Positions 25,908-41,400 of a stretch of DNA of 64,000 nt are shown here, in pieces. Source of the DNA: an uncultured Actinomycetes bacterium (GTDB taxonomy: Bacteria > Actinomycetota > Thermoleophilia > UBA2241); NCBI GenBank assembly GCA_963709345.1, contig CAVPVX010000011.1:288001-352000 (forward strand), given 5' to 3'. The notes under the pieces are model-generated. The model searched no databases, was not told the origin of the DNA, and saw only the letters and a program-made list of their open reading frames with translations. Made by a program: the position numbers and the translations under genes. Numbering within the stretch: position 1 is the first letter of the stretch; every line of letters begins with the position of its first letter.

Positions 25908-27068
25908 ATGAGCCACACGCGCGGCACTCCGCGGCAGGCCGTTATCCTCGTCGGCGGCGAGGGCAGGCGGCTGCGTCCCGTCACCTCTCGCGTGCCCAAG
26001 CCGGTGGCTCCCGTGGTCGAGAGACCCTTCGTCGCCTACATCCTCGACAACCTGGCGCGACACGGGGTCGAACGCGCCGTGTTCTCGACGGGTTTTCTCG
26101 CCGAAGCGATCGAGGCCGTCATCGGCGACGGCGCCGCGTACGGCCTGCAGGTCGAGTACGCGGTCGAGAGCGAGCCTCTCGGCACCGCCGGAGCGATCGC
26201 CAACTGCGAGGGCAAGCTCCTCGACGACAGCTTTTTCGTGTTCAACGGTGACGTGCTGAGCGACGTGGACCTGACGGCGCTGGCCGCGGCTCACGTGGAC
26301 CGGGGAGGTATGGGCACGATCTACCTCACTCCGGTGGACGACCCGCGGCGCTACGGCCTCGTCGAGCTTCGCGGGGACGGCAGCGTGGCGAGCTTCCTCG
26401 AGAAGCCCGGGGAGTGGGAGGGCACCGCGCTGATCAACGCCGGCGTCTACGTGCTCGAGCCCGAGATCCTCGAGATGATCCCGAGGGGGCGGCACTTCTC
26501 GATCGAGCGCGGGGTGTTCCCCAAGCTGGCGGCGGCCGGATCGCTGTACGGCCACGTCGATCACGGGTACTGGCGAGACATCGGCACGCCCGACAGCTAC
26601 CTGCAGGCGCACTTCGATATCCTCGAGCGCACCGTCGATACGCGGGTGGCGGAGGCCCTCGGCGAGCAGTATCTATGGGTCTCGCCGACGGCGACCGTGG
26701 ACCCGAGGGCTCGGGTCATCCCGCCGTGCTTCGTCGCCGACGGCGTGCGCGTCGAGGCCGGCGCCAGGGTCGGCCCGCTGGCTGTGCTCGGCGCCGGCTG
26801 CGTGGTGGCCGAGGGGGCCGTGGTCGTCGAGGCGGTGGTCCAGGCGGAGGTCACCATAGGCGCCCACGCGCAGATCGAAGGCAGCATCCTGGTGCGCGGC
26901 AGCAGCGTCGGCTCCGGGACGCAGCTGAACGGCGCCGTCCTCGGCGACGGCTGTGCGATCGGGGCCGGCAACCGGCTCGCCGGGGGCATCTGCGTCTATC
27001 CCGACACGGAGATCCCGGATAACTCGATACAGTTCTACGAGCAGCTTCGCGGCAGGGAGGGCACATGA
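25908..27068 (+). CDS. NDP-sugar pyrophosphorylase (mannose-1-P guanylyltransferase-like) with LbH tail
   Basis: LVGGEGRRLRP..PKP, PLGTAG, NGD, EKP, WRDIG, hexapeptide repeats. Confidence 0.9.
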   Translation: MSHTRGTPRQAVILVGGEGRRLRPVTSRVPKPVAPVVERPFVAYILDNLARHGVERAVFSTGFLAEAIEAVIGDGAAYGLQVEYAVESEPLGTAGAIANCEGKLLDDSFFVFNGDVLSDVDLTALAAAHVDRGGMGTIYLTPVDDPRRYGLVELRGDGSVASFLEKPGEWEGTALINAGVYVLEPEILEMIPRGRHFSIERGVFPKLAAAGSLYGHVDHGYWRDIGTPDSYLQAHFDILERTVDTRVAEALGEQYLWVSPTATVDPRARVIPPCFVADGVRVEAGARVGPLAVLGAGCVVAEGAVVVEAVVQAEVTIGAHAQIEGSILVRGSSVGSGTQLNGAVLGDGCAIGAGNRLAGGICVYPDTEIPDNSIQFYEQLRGREGT

Positions 27069-28414
27069 CGATCCCGGACGGCATCTTCAAGGCCTACGAC
27101 ATCCGCGGTCTGTACCCGCAGGAGCTCGACGAGGAGGCGGCGGAGCGCATCGGGTGCGCCCTGGCGCAGCAGCTGGGCGCGGCGCGGCTGGGCGCCGGGA
27201 TGGACCCGCGCCCGTCGTCCACGGGCCTGCTCGAGGCGTTCGCGGCAGGCGCCGCTGCGGGAGGCGCTGCGACGGTCGACTTCGGTCTCGTCCCCACGGA
27301 GATGGTGTACTTCGGCGTCGCCTCACAAGGGCTGGACGGCGGCGTGATGGTGACGGCCTCGCACAACCCCCCCGAGTACAACGGCATGAAGCTGGTCGGC
27401 GAGGGCGCCCTGCCGCTGAGCGGCGACGCCGGCATCCCCGAGCTCAAGGAGCGGAGCCAGGCGCTGGCCGAGTTGCCGGCGCGCATCGCCTTCGGGGGGC
27501 TCGAGCGCTTCGATCTGTATCCCGGCTATGTCGATCACCTGCGCAACCAGGTCGACATGGCCGCCTTCAAGCCGTGCAAGGTGGTCATGGACGCCGCCAA
27601 CGGCGTCGCCGGCAAGCTCGCGCCGCGGCTGTTCGACGGCACTCCCTTGGAGCGCGTCGAGATGTACTTCGAGGTCGACGGCACCTTCCCGAACCACGCA
27701 CCGAATCCCCTGCTCGAAGAGAACAGCCGCGAGATCCGCGAGCGCGTCGTCGCTGAGAAGGCCGACCTCGGCATCGCCTGGGACGGAGACGCCGACCGCT
27801 GCTTCTTCATCGACGAGGCCGGCGAGTTCGTTCCCGGCGACTTCGTGACCGCGCTGCTCGCCCAGGCGCTCCTGCTCAAGAACCCCGGCGCGGCGATCCT
27901 CTACGATCTGCGCGCCAGCCGCGCGGTGCCCGACGTCATCCGTGCCGGAGGCGGCGTGCCGCTGCTCAACCGCGTCGGCCACGCCTTCTTCAAGCAGCGC
28001 ATGCGTCGCGAAAAGGTCCTCTTCGGCGGCGAGGTCTCGGGCCACTACTACTTCGCCGCCAACTACAACGCCGACTCCGGCTTCATCCCGGCGCTGCTCA
28101 TTTTGGAGCTTCTCTCCCAGAAGGGCGCGACGATGGCGGAACTGCTGGAGCCGCTGCGCAGCAGGTATTTCATCAGCGGCGAGATCAACTCCACGGTCAC
28201 GGACGTGGCGGCCGCGCTGGCGCGCATCGAGGCCCGCTTCGGCGACGGCGCGATCACGCACCTCGACGGCGTCTCCGTCGACTACGACGACTGGTACTTC
28301 AACGTGCGTCCTTCCAACACCGAGCCCTTGCTGCGCCTCAATCTCGGCGCCGACGCGGAGGGTCTGATGGAGGAGAAGCGTGACCTCGTCCTCGCGGTCA
28401 TCCATGAGGGGTGA
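27065..28414 (+). CDS. manB: Phosphomannomutase/phosphoglucomutase
   Basis: FKAYDIRG, TASHNP, DGDADR, GEVSGH, RPSNTEP. Confidence 0.93.
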   Translation: MTIPDGIFKAYDIRGLYPQELDEEAAERIGCALAQQLGAARLGAGMDPRPSSTGLLEAFAAGAAAGGAATVDFGLVPTEMVYFGVASQGLDGGVMVTASHNPPEYNGMKLVGEGALPLSGDAGIPELKERSQALAELPARIAFGGLERFDLYPGYVDHLRNQVDMAAFKPCKVVMDAANGVAGKLAPRLFDGTPLERVEMYFEVDGTFPNHAPNPLLEENSREIRERVVAEKADLGIAWDGDADRCFFIDEAGEFVPGDFVTALLAQALLLKNPGAAILYDLRASRAVPDVIRAGGGVPLLNRVGHAFFKQRMRREKVLFGGEVSGHYYFAANYNADSGFIPALLILELLSQKGATMAELLEPLRSRYFISGEINSTVTDVAAALARIEARFGDGAITHLDGVSVDYDDWYFNVRPSNTEPLLRLNLGADAEGLMEEKRDLVLAVIHEG

Positions 28415-28415
28415 T

Positions 28416-29510
28416 GTGAGGGGCGCGACCGATCTCGGGCCGGCGCGCGTCGCCGAGCTCGACAGCGGTGACATGCTCGGCGCCATCGCCGCGTTGCCGT
28501 GTCAGCTCCGCGACGGGTACGCGACTGCCCGGGAGCGACTCGCCGGGGCCTTCTTCGGCACGTTTCCCGCGATCCCGCCGGCTGCGCCGGACGGGGTCGT
28601 CGTCTGCGGCATGGGCGGCTCGGCGATCGGCGCCGACCTTGTCTTCGCCTGCCTCCCGGACCTCGCCGTGCCGGCGAGTGTCGTCCGCGGCTACGAGTTG
28701 CCGGCGTGGGCGGGACCCGAGACGCTGGTCGTCGTGATCAGCTACTCGGGCGAGACCGAGGAGTCGCTGGCCTGTGTGGCGCATGCGCGCGCGCGGGGCT
28801 GCGCGCCCGTGTGCATCGCCTCGGGTGGCCGCCTGGCCGCTTTTGCCGCCACGGAGGGCTTGCCTCATGTTCCGGTCGCCGGCGGGGGGCAGCCACGGGC
28901 CGCCGTGGGGTCGCTCTCCATGCCGCTCCTGGCGACGCTCGAGGCGGCGGGTCTGTGCCGCGAGCACGCCGGGGACGTCGCCGCCGCCGCCACCCAGCTC
29001 GAGTCCGACGGCGTGAGGCTGGGCGCGGATTCGGACGAGCCGGCCAACGCCGCCAAGGCGCTCGCTCGTCGTCTGAAGGGCCGTCTCGCCCTCGTGTACG
29101 GCGCCGGGCCCACGGCGCCCGTCGCCCGGCGCTGGAAGGGCCAGATCAACGAGAACGCCAAGGCGCCCGCCTTCTTCAACGAGCTCTCCGAGCTCGATCA
29201 CAACGAGATCATGGGCTGGACGAGTCTGAGGCAGGTGACGACGTCCGCCCTCGCCGTGTTCCTGGACGACGAGGGCGCCGGCCCGCGTCTGGCGCGGCGC
29301 GCCGGTCTCACGGCGCTGGAGTACGAGGCGCTGGGCGTCGCCACCGAGCACGTCGTATCTCACGGCGCCTCGCCGCTGGCGCGTCTCTTCTCGCTGGTGC
29401 AACTCGGCGACTATGCGTCCTGCTATCTCGCCCTGCTCTACGGCGTCGACCCGACGCCGGTCGCCGCCATCGAGCGCCTCAAGGACCGGCTCGCCGGCGA
29501 CGCCGGCTGA
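28416..29510 (+). CDS. Bifunctional phosphoglucose/phosphomannose isomerase
   Basis: GMGGSAI, SYSG.T.E, ENAK, E.DHNE, GVDP. Confidence 0.92.
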   Translation: MRGATDLGPARVAELDSGDMLGAIAALPCQLRDGYATARERLAGAFFGTFPAIPPAAPDGVVVCGMGGSAIGADLVFACLPDLAVPASVVRGYELPAWAGPETLVVVISYSGETEESLACVAHARARGCAPVCIASGGRLAAFAATEGLPHVPVAGGGQPRAAVGSLSMPLLATLEAAGLCREHAGDVAAAATQLESDGVRLGADSDEPANAAKALARRLKGRLALVYGAGPTAPVARRWKGQINENAKAPAFFNELSELDHNEIMGWTSLRQVTTSALAVFLDDEGAGPRLARRAGLTALEYEALGVATEHVVSHGASPLARLFSLVQLGDYASCYLALLYGVDPTPVAAIERLKDRLAGDAG

Positions 29511-29516
29511 CTCGCC

Positions 29517-31383
<1,867 letters not shown>

Positions 31384-31396
31384 GCCGGAGAACAGG

Positions 31397-32548
31397 ATGA
31401 CCGCCGACCCGGCACAGCACGGAGCCGCCTCGGTCGCCGGTGGGCCTGCCGGGCCCGGCGGTTCGCGCCTGCGCGTGCGTACGGTCGAGATCCTTCCTGG
31501 AGAGGTCGTGCTCATCGACCAGCTTGCGCTGCCGCTGGAGGAGCGCTACGTCCGCTGTGCCACCTGGCGCGAGGTAGCCGACCGGATCACCGACATGACC
31601 GTCCGCGGCGCGCCGGCCATCGGCGTCACCGCGGCGGGAGGCATCGCGCTCGCGGCCGGCGAAGCCGCCGCCGCGAGCCCCGACGATGCCGCTGCGCTTC
31701 GGGCCGCGCTCGAGCAGGCCGCGAGGAGCCTGCTGGCCACGCGGCCCACGGCGGTCAATCTGCGTTGGGCGCTGGACGAGATGCGGCGAGCGTGGGAGGC
31801 GGCGCTCGCCGCCGGCCTGCCGCAGGCCGCTCCGGCGGCCGTGGCCGGCGCGCTTCTCGCCCGGGCGCAGGCGATCCTCGACGACGACATCGACCGCTGC
31901 CTGCGCATCGGCGAGCACGGCGCGGCGCTGTTCAAGGCCGGCGACCGCATCCTCACGCATTGCAACGCCGGCGCGCTCGCGACGGCCGGCTACGGCACGG
32001 CTCTGGGCGTCATCCGCGCCGCGGCGGCGCGCTACGAGGGCATCTCCGTCCTCGTCGACGAGACCCGCCCGTGGCTGCAGGGCGCCCGCCTCACCGCCTG
32101 GGAGCTCGGCGTCGAGGGCATTCCGTACCGGCTGATCAGCGACAACATGGCCGGGCACTTCATCCAGCGCGGCGAGGTCGACGGCGCCGTGGTCGGCGCC
32201 GATCGGATCGCCGCGAACGGCGACACCGCCAACAAGATCGGCACGTACAGCGTGAGCGTGCTTGCCAAGGAGCACCACGTGCCCTTCTACGTGGCGGCGC
32301 CTCTCTCGACGGTCGACCTGACCGTGCCCAGCGGAGCCGGGATCCCGATCGAGGAGCGCCCAGAGCGCGAGGTGACGAGCTTCAACGGCCGGCAGGTGGC
32401 TCCCGAGGGCGCCCGTGCTCTGCACCCGGCCTTCGACGTCACGCCGGCGGCGAACATCGCCGCCGTCGTCACCGAGGCCGGCATCCTGCGCGCCCCGTTT
32501 GGCCCGGCGCTCGCGGCGGCATGCTCCGGCGGGGAGTGCGAACGATGA
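31397..32548 (+). CDS. mtnA: Methylthioribose-1-phosphate isomerase
   Basis: VRGAPAIG, RPTAVNL, THCNAG, ETRP..QG, ANKIGTY. Confidence 0.95.
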   Translation: MTADPAQHGAASVAGGPAGPGGSRLRVRTVEILPGEVVLIDQLALPLEERYVRCATWREVADRITDMTVRGAPAIGVTAAGGIALAAGEAAAASPDDAAALRAALEQAARSLLATRPTAVNLRWALDEMRRAWEAALAAGLPQAAPAAVAGALLARAQAILDDDIDRCLRIGEHGAALFKAGDRILTHCNAGALATAGYGTALGVIRAAAARYEGISVLVDETRPWLQGARLTAWELGVEGIPYRLISDNMAGHFIQRGEVDGAVVGADRIAANGDTANKIGTYSVSVLAKEHHVPFYVAAPLSTVDLTVPSGAGIPIEERPEREVTSFNGRQVAPEGARALHPAFDVTPAANIAAVVTEAGILRAPFGPALAAACSGGECER

Positions 32549-33681
32549 CCGTCCGTGCCTACATCATGGCCGCGGGCCTCGGCACCCGGCTCTACCCGCT
32601 GACCGGGCTCACGTCTAAGCCGATGGTCCCCATCCTCAACCGCCCGGTGCTGGAGCACCTGCTCCACCTGCTGCGCCGGCACGGGGTCACCGAGCTGGCC
32701 GCGAACCTGCACTACCACCCCGAGAAGATCCGCGCGTACTTCGGCGACGGCGCCGAGTTCGGCGTCGACTTGCGGTACCACCTCGAGGAGCATCTGCTCG
32801 GCACCGCGGGCGGCGCCGACGCCTTTCGCGAGTTTCTCTGCGGTTCCACCTTCCTCGTCATGAGCGGCGACGGCCTCACCGACATCGACCTCACCGCCTT
32901 CCTGGCTGCGCACCGCGCCGCCGGCGGCATCGCTACCATGGCCGTCAAAGAGGTCGCGGACCCGTCGCTCTACGGGGTCGTCGTCCGCGGCGCCGGCGGG
33001 CGGGTGATGGGCTTCCAGGAGAAGCCGCCTCCCGGGGAGGCGCTCTCCGACCTGTGCAACTGCGGCATCTACGCGTTCGAGCCGGAGATCTTCGACTACA
33101 TCGCTCCCGGTACGTTGGTCGATTGGGCCAGAGATGTGTTTCCGGCGCTGCTCGGCGACGATCGCCCGTTCCACGCCTGGGAGCTCCAGACATACTGGAA
33201 CGACGTCGGCAACATCGAGCAGTACCGGCTGAGCAACTTCGACGCCCTGCTCGGTCACGTCGCCCTCGACGTGCCGGGGCGCCAGGTCTCGCCGGGCGTC
33301 TGGGTGGGGCAGGGCACCGAGATCGAAGCGGGCGTACGCCTCGAGGCGCCTCTCCTGCTCGGCGCGGGTTGTCTCGTGGAGGCGGGCGCCGAGCTCATCG
33401 GGCCGCTGATCGTCGGCGACGGCTGCGTCATCGAGCGCGGCGCCGTGCTCGAGGGCGTGATCCAGTGGGAGGGCGCGAAGGCCGGGCGTGGCTCGCGCCT
33501 CGACGGCAGCATCCTCGGCCGGCATGTCACCGTGCACCATGAGGCCGTGGTGCGCGAGGACGCCGTCATCGGCGATCGCTCCGACGTGGCTGCGCACGCC
33601 CACGTCTCCGCGGGCGCGCGCGTCGAGCCGCGCTCCTGCATCGGTCCCGTCGGCTTCTGCGCCGGCCAGAGCGGCGAGTGA
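32545..33681 (+). CDS. Second NDP-sugar pyrophosphorylase (mannose-1-P guanylyltransferase-like)
   Basis: MAAGLGTRL.PLT..KP, LGTAG, SGD, EKP, WNDVG, LbH tail. Confidence 0.9.
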   Translation: MTVRAYIMAAGLGTRLYPLTGLTSKPMVPILNRPVLEHLLHLLRRHGVTELAANLHYHPEKIRAYFGDGAEFGVDLRYHLEEHLLGTAGGADAFREFLCGSTFLVMSGDGLTDIDLTAFLAAHRAAGGIATMAVKEVADPSLYGVVVRGAGGRVMGFQEKPPPGEALSDLCNCGIYAFEPEIFDYIAPGTLVDWARDVFPALLGDDRPFHAWELQTYWNDVGNIEQYRLSNFDALLGHVALDVPGRQVSPGVWVGQGTEIEAGVRLEAPLLLGAGCLVEAGAELIGPLIVGDGCVIERGAVLEGVIQWEGAKAGRGSRLDGSILGRHVTVHHEAVVREDAVIGDRSDVAAHAHVSAGARVEPRSCIGPVGFCAGQSGE

Positions 33682-33694
33682 CGGCCGGTCGCGA

Positions 33695-34507
33695 GTGAAC
33701 GCCTCCGGCGCGCTCGACGGCATGCTCGATCTGCTCTTCCCCAAGCGCTGCGTCGTGTGCCGGGTCGCCGGCGCCTGGCTCTGCGAGTCGTGCGCCGCCG
33801 GTCTCAGGCCGCTCCCCCAGCGGCGCTGTCGCCGCTGCGGCGCGCCGGTCCGCAGCGCCCGACCACAGCGCTCCCGGCGGACCGATGCGACCGATCCCGT
33901 TCGCCTGCACCCGTCCTGCCCCGAGTGCCGCGACCGGGAGCTTGCGTTCGTCGCCGCGTCGGCGGCGTACTGCTACGAGGGCCCGGCGCGGGCCTTGGTC
34001 ACAGCGTGCAAGTTCCGCGCCCTGCGCTCTCTGGTCGACGACATGGCGGAGAGGGCCAGGCCGGCGTTCGCCGCCGCGCACGGCGGATGCGGGGCCCGCC
34101 TCGTGACGTCCGTCCCGGCGCATCGCGACCATCGCCTCGAACGCGGATTCGACCCCGCCGAGCTCCTCGCCCGCCGGCTTGCGCGCGACGCCGGCCTCGC
34201 CTATGCTCCGCTGCTCCGTCGCGTAAGGCACGGGGCCCGCCAGAGCGGGCTCTCCCGGGCCGAACGCGCCGCCAATGTCCGTCGTGCGTTCGCGTTGCGG
34301 GAGAGCGGCATCAGGGTAGGTACTAAGTCCAAGAAGGTGATTATCGTCGACGACGTCTACACCACAGGTGAAACGTTGAACCAGTGTGCTGAAGCGTTTG
34401 CGCACTCCGACCTCGAAGCCCACGTCTTCACCTTCGCGCGCACCGTGCGCGCGACTCCCTCCCAAGCATCGCTAGACCATGCCGTCCAGAAGGAGCGATG
34501 TCCATGA
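33695..34507 (+). CDS. comF: ComF-family protein (double zinc ribbon + PRTase)
   Basis: CxxC pairs, RGF, IVDDVYTTG.T. Confidence 0.88.
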   Translation: MNASGALDGMLDLLFPKRCVVCRVAGAWLCESCAAGLRPLPQRRCRRCGAPVRSARPQRSRRTDATDPVRLHPSCPECRDRELAFVAASAAYCYEGPARALVTACKFRALRSLVDDMAERARPAFAAAHGGCGARLVTSVPAHRDHRLERGFDPAELLARRLARDAGLAYAPLLRRVRHGARQSGLSRAERAANVRRAFALRESGIRVGTKSKKVIIVDDVYTTGETLNQCAEAFAHSDLEAHVFTFARTVRATPSQASLDHAVQKERCP

Positions 34508-35124
34508 GAACTCAGATCAAGGGCCGCAACGTCACCGTGACCCCCGCACTCCAAGAGTACGCGGGGGAGAAGATCGAGCATGTGCACAAGCTCCTGCAGC
34601 AGCGCAAGATCGACGAGGTGACGAGGGTAGAACTCGAACTCAGGGTTGAGAAGAACCCGAGCATCTCGGAGCCGTGCATCGCCGAGGCGACGGTATTCAC
34701 CCGTGGACCCGTGATCAGAGCGCGCGAGACGTCGACCGACATGTACGCGGCCATCGACCTGGTCAGCGACAAGCTCGTCCGGCGCGTGAAGAAGTACCAC
34801 GACAAGCTGCACGGCAAGACGCGCCACGGACACGAGAAGCTGGTGCTCCCGGCGGAGCCCGCCCCCGAACTGGCGCCGGTCGCCGCGGCCGCGGCGCTGG
34901 CCGACGAGATCGCCGGAGAAGCGGAGTACGCCGGCGACAACGGCCGCATCGTCAAGACGAAGCAGTTCGCGCTCAAGCCGATGTCGGTACACGAGGCCAC
35001 GCTTCAACTCGAACTGGTCGGCCACGACTTCTTCGTGTTCACGAACGCCGAGTCGAACCGCACCAACGTCGTCTACCGGCGCAACGACGGCCACTACGGG
35101 CTCATCGAGCCCTTCGAGAACTGA
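34498..35124 (+). CDS. hpf: Ribosome hibernation factor (long HPF/RaiA)
   Basis: I.GRN..VT, DMYAAID, KPMS..EA..Q, FFVF, YGLI. Confidence 0.95.
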   Translation: MSMRTQIKGRNVTVTPALQEYAGEKIEHVHKLLQQRKIDEVTRVELELRVEKNPSISEPCIAEATVFTRGPVIRARETSTDMYAAIDLVSDKLVRRVKKYHDKLHGKTRHGHEKLVLPAEPAPELAPVAAAAALADEIAGEAEYAGDNGRIVKTKQFALKPMSVHEATLQLELVGHDFFVFTNAESNRTNVVYRRNDGHYGLIEPFEN

Positions 35125-35256
35125 GGCGACGGCCGGAGTGCGAGCGCGGCCGTGCGATCGTCATCCGGCGGAGTCGCGGCGCGGAGCGACTCCTGTCGGC
35201 CGCTGTGCGACAATAGGCGACGACGCTAGCAACCGCACCCCGGGAGTCGCGCGACT

Positions 35257-37908
<2,652 letters not shown>

Positions 37909-37914
37909 GCCGTT

Positions 37915-38346
37915 TCAAGTCTCAGGAGCGCCGTGACCACTCACCCGCGTCGTGCGAATCGTCATGGAACGTCGGCGGCTGCGCCGGCTCGCATACGCTG
38001 CTGTGGCGCCGTCCAGAGCGTCGGAGACCGTCTGCCGGTCTTCCGTGACGCCGCTGAGGCCGCTGAGTCGCAGGCGGGCGCTGTCGCGGCGCAGCCAGAC
38101 GCCGTCGTCGTAGAGCGCCCGGATGCCCGCGGCCGCCATGACCGGCGCCACATTGGCCTCCGGCAGGGCGTGGTCGTGGTTGCCGAGGACGATGAGGTCG
38201 GGGTGGAGGGCGTTCACACGGTCCACGGTCGCTCGCACCCGGGCGTGCGAGACGAACGATCCGTGGTGGTTGTCCGCGACGAAGGCGACGCGCAGGCCGC
38301 CGAACGCCGGCGGCACGTTGGCGCTCGTGAGGGCGTCCCGGTTGAC
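37915..38346 (-). pseudogene. Metallophosphoesterase (YkuE/YaeI-like) remnant
   Basis: LRVAFVADNHHG..PDLIVLGNHD: the GD motif segment is deleted; no clear start; degenerate 3' end. Confidence 0.7.
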
Positions 38347-38408
38347 CCGCCGCGAGCCATGGCGGCATTCTGCCCCTGCCTGGTGCCGCCTCGGGAGCGT
38401 GCGAGTCC

Positions 38409-41400
38409 CTACCTCAGAATCGGGCCTGCCTCGAGCAGCCGGCCGCACTCGTTCGCCGGCAGGGGTCTGCTGTAGAGGAACCCCTGGATGGCGTCGCAAC
38501 TCTCGTCTCGCAGGACGCCGAGCTCGCCGGGCGTCTCGACCCCTTCCGCCACGACGGTGAGCCGGAGCCGGTGGCCGAGAGTGATGACTGACGCGGCCAC
38601 CGCGGCATGCTCGGGGACGTTGGACAGGTCGTGGATGAACGAGCGGTCGATCTTGACCGTGGAGATGGGCAGGCGGACGAGGTGGCTGAGGGACGAGTAG
38701 CCCGTGCCGAAGTCGTCGAGTGCGATGCGCACGGCCATCGCGCGGAGGGCGCCGAGGACCTGGGCGGTGTGGCGCGGATCGCGCATCGCCGCCGTCTCGG
38801 TGATCTCCAGCTCGAGTGAGTGAGCGTCGAACCGCGTGCTGCGCAATGCCCTGCGAACGGTGTCGACAAGGCTCTCGTCGTGCAGCTGGCGCGCGCTGAT
38901 GTTGACGCCCATGCGGAGCGGACGCCCGAGCTGACGTTGCCACGCGCGTCCCTGGCGGCATGCCTCAATGAGGACCCAGGCGCCGATCGGCAGGAGGACG
39001 CCGCACTCTTCCGCCGATGGAATGAAGTCCAGCGGCGCGATGACCCCGCGCTCGGGATGCCGCCAGCGGAGCAGCGCCTCGACGCTTGTGATCTGACCGC
39101 TCGCTGCGTCGACCACCGGCTGGTACTCAAGAAAGAACTGGCCGGCTTCGAGCGCGTGATGCAGTTCGCCCTCGAGCGCGAGGTGGTCGGCGCGCTCGGC
39201 ATTCATGCCGACGTGGAAGAACCGCCAGCAGTGGCCGCCCGCGTCCGATGCCATCCGCAGGGCGGACGCAGCGTTGCGCAACAGTTCGTCGGCCGTGACG
39301 CCGTCTGCCGGGTAAACGGCGACGCCGAGGCTCACAGTCAGGTAGAGCTCGTGCTGCCCGACGTGGATGGGTTGTCCCACCGCTGCGACGAGCTTGCCCA
39401 GCGCGGTGCTCGCCTCGTTCGGCCCTGCTGCTCCGGGCAGCAGGAGCGCATACCTGCCCGCGCCGAAGTGCGCCAGCGTGTCCTCGGCGCGTCCAGCGCG
39501 CTGCAAGCGGCGCCCGACTTCGCCGAGCAGATCGTCGGTCGCGTCGTGGCCGAGCGACGAGACGAGGGTGTCGAAACGGTCGAGCTGCAGAGTGGCGACC
39601 GCGAACGACAGGCGCTTGCGCCCCGCGTGCTTGAGCGCCTGACGGGAACGGTCCTCAAGCAGGGTGCGGTTGGCGAGCCCGGTCACGGGGTCGTGGAGCG
39701 ACAGGCTCTGCAGCCGCTCGTCGGCGGTCTTCTGCTCGGTGCGGTCGACGAGCACGGCGGTGCCGCCGATGACGGCGCCATCGGCGTCGTGGAGCGGCAC
39801 GGCCTTGAGCGTGATCCACAGTTCCCGGTCGCCGGCCGTGGTCCGGTACGGGCCTTCATAGATGCCCTCGCGGCCTTCGAGCGCCGCCTCCAGTGCCGGG
39901 AGCGGCCGGAGGTCGGCGATGGTCGTGCGGATGCTCGCCCCGGCGTAGTGCCGGGGCGAGCATCCGGCGGCGGCGTCAAAGGCCGCATTGCCCTCCAGGA
40001 ACGTGAGCTCCCTGTCGTACCTGAACACGCCTACCGGGAGCCCGTCCACGAGCGTCCGATATCGCTGCTCGGATTCGCGCAGCGCGGATTCGGCTCGATG
40101 GCGATCGGTCACGTCGAGCAGGATGCCCTCCTGGGCCAGCGGAGAGCCGTCCGCGTCGCGGATCAGCGCGAACCGATCCCACACCCAGCGCTCCTCGCCG
40201 TTCGCGCTCCGTATTCGATACTCGGCTTCGCCGCGCCCGCTCTCCAGCGAGTCGAGTGCGGAATCCTCGAGCAGGTGGATGTCCTCCGGATGGACGACCT
40301 TCTCCCACTCGAAGTCCGGCGCCATGAGTTGCTCGGGGGTATATCCCGTGAGGCTCTGGTCGCCGCCGACGATGAACTCGTCGGCCCACGGCGACCGCGT
40401 CTGGGCGCGGTACAGCCAGCCCGGTATCGTGCTCAGCAGCGACCGCAGCCGCCGCTCGGTCTCCGCCTGGGCATCCTGTGCCTCGTGCAGTCGCGTCACG
40501 TCGATGATCATGCCGACGATCTCGGCCGGTCTTCCCGCTTCGTCGGCGATGAACACGCCGCTGTCGAGTACCCAGCGCACCGCGCCGTCCCTGGTCACGA
40601 TCCTGTGCTCCGTCTGGCTGCCAGGCGATCCGGCGGTGAGGTCGCGCCGCATGTCGTCGACGACGAACTGGAGGTCGTCGGGGTGGACGATCTGCTTCCA
40701 CGAGACCGCGCCGCCGGTGAACTCCTCCGGGCCGTAGCCCGTCAGCGCCCGGCAGCCCTCGCTCAAGAACGTCGTGCCCCGGGGGCCTTGGATCGCGCTG
40801 CGATAGGCGGCTCCGGGCAGGCTGGCGACCAGGCCGCTCAGCATCTCCTCGCGCACGCGCAGAGCCGCCTCGGCTTCGTGAAGGTCCGTGACGTCGGTGA
40901 CGAAGCCCTCGAGGTGCTGGAGATCACCCGCGTCGTCGAAGACGCCGACCCCGCGCTCCCAGACCCATTTCTCGCGCCCGTCCTTGGTGCTGATCCGGTA
41001 CGTCGTGGTCCAGGGCGCCCGGGCGGCGAGGGCCTCCTGCACCGTCGACCAGATGGTCTCGGCGTCCGCGGGGTGAGGTAGATCGGCGTACGATACGGCG
41101 TCGCCGCCGATCAGCTCCTCCGGCCGGTAGCCCGTGAGCTCGGTGCAGCCGTCGCTCAGAACCATCATGGTCCAGCCCCGGTCGTTGAGACACCGGTACG
41201 CCATGCCGGGGACGTTCTCGAGCAGCGTCTTCATCGCCCGTTCGCCTTCGGCCGCCCGTGCGTCGGCGAGCCCGCGTTCGCGTTCGGCGCGACGCTGTTC
41301 CGTCACGTCGACCAGGACGGCCAGCGAGCGGATCACGCGGCCGCCGCTGTCTCGCTCGGCCGTGGCCGAGAGCAGGACGTCGACGCTAGCGCCGTCTCTG

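Noticed and set aside
34400-34500. raiA-motif RNA between comF and hpf
   Set aside because: The genes overlap; no room and no motif seen
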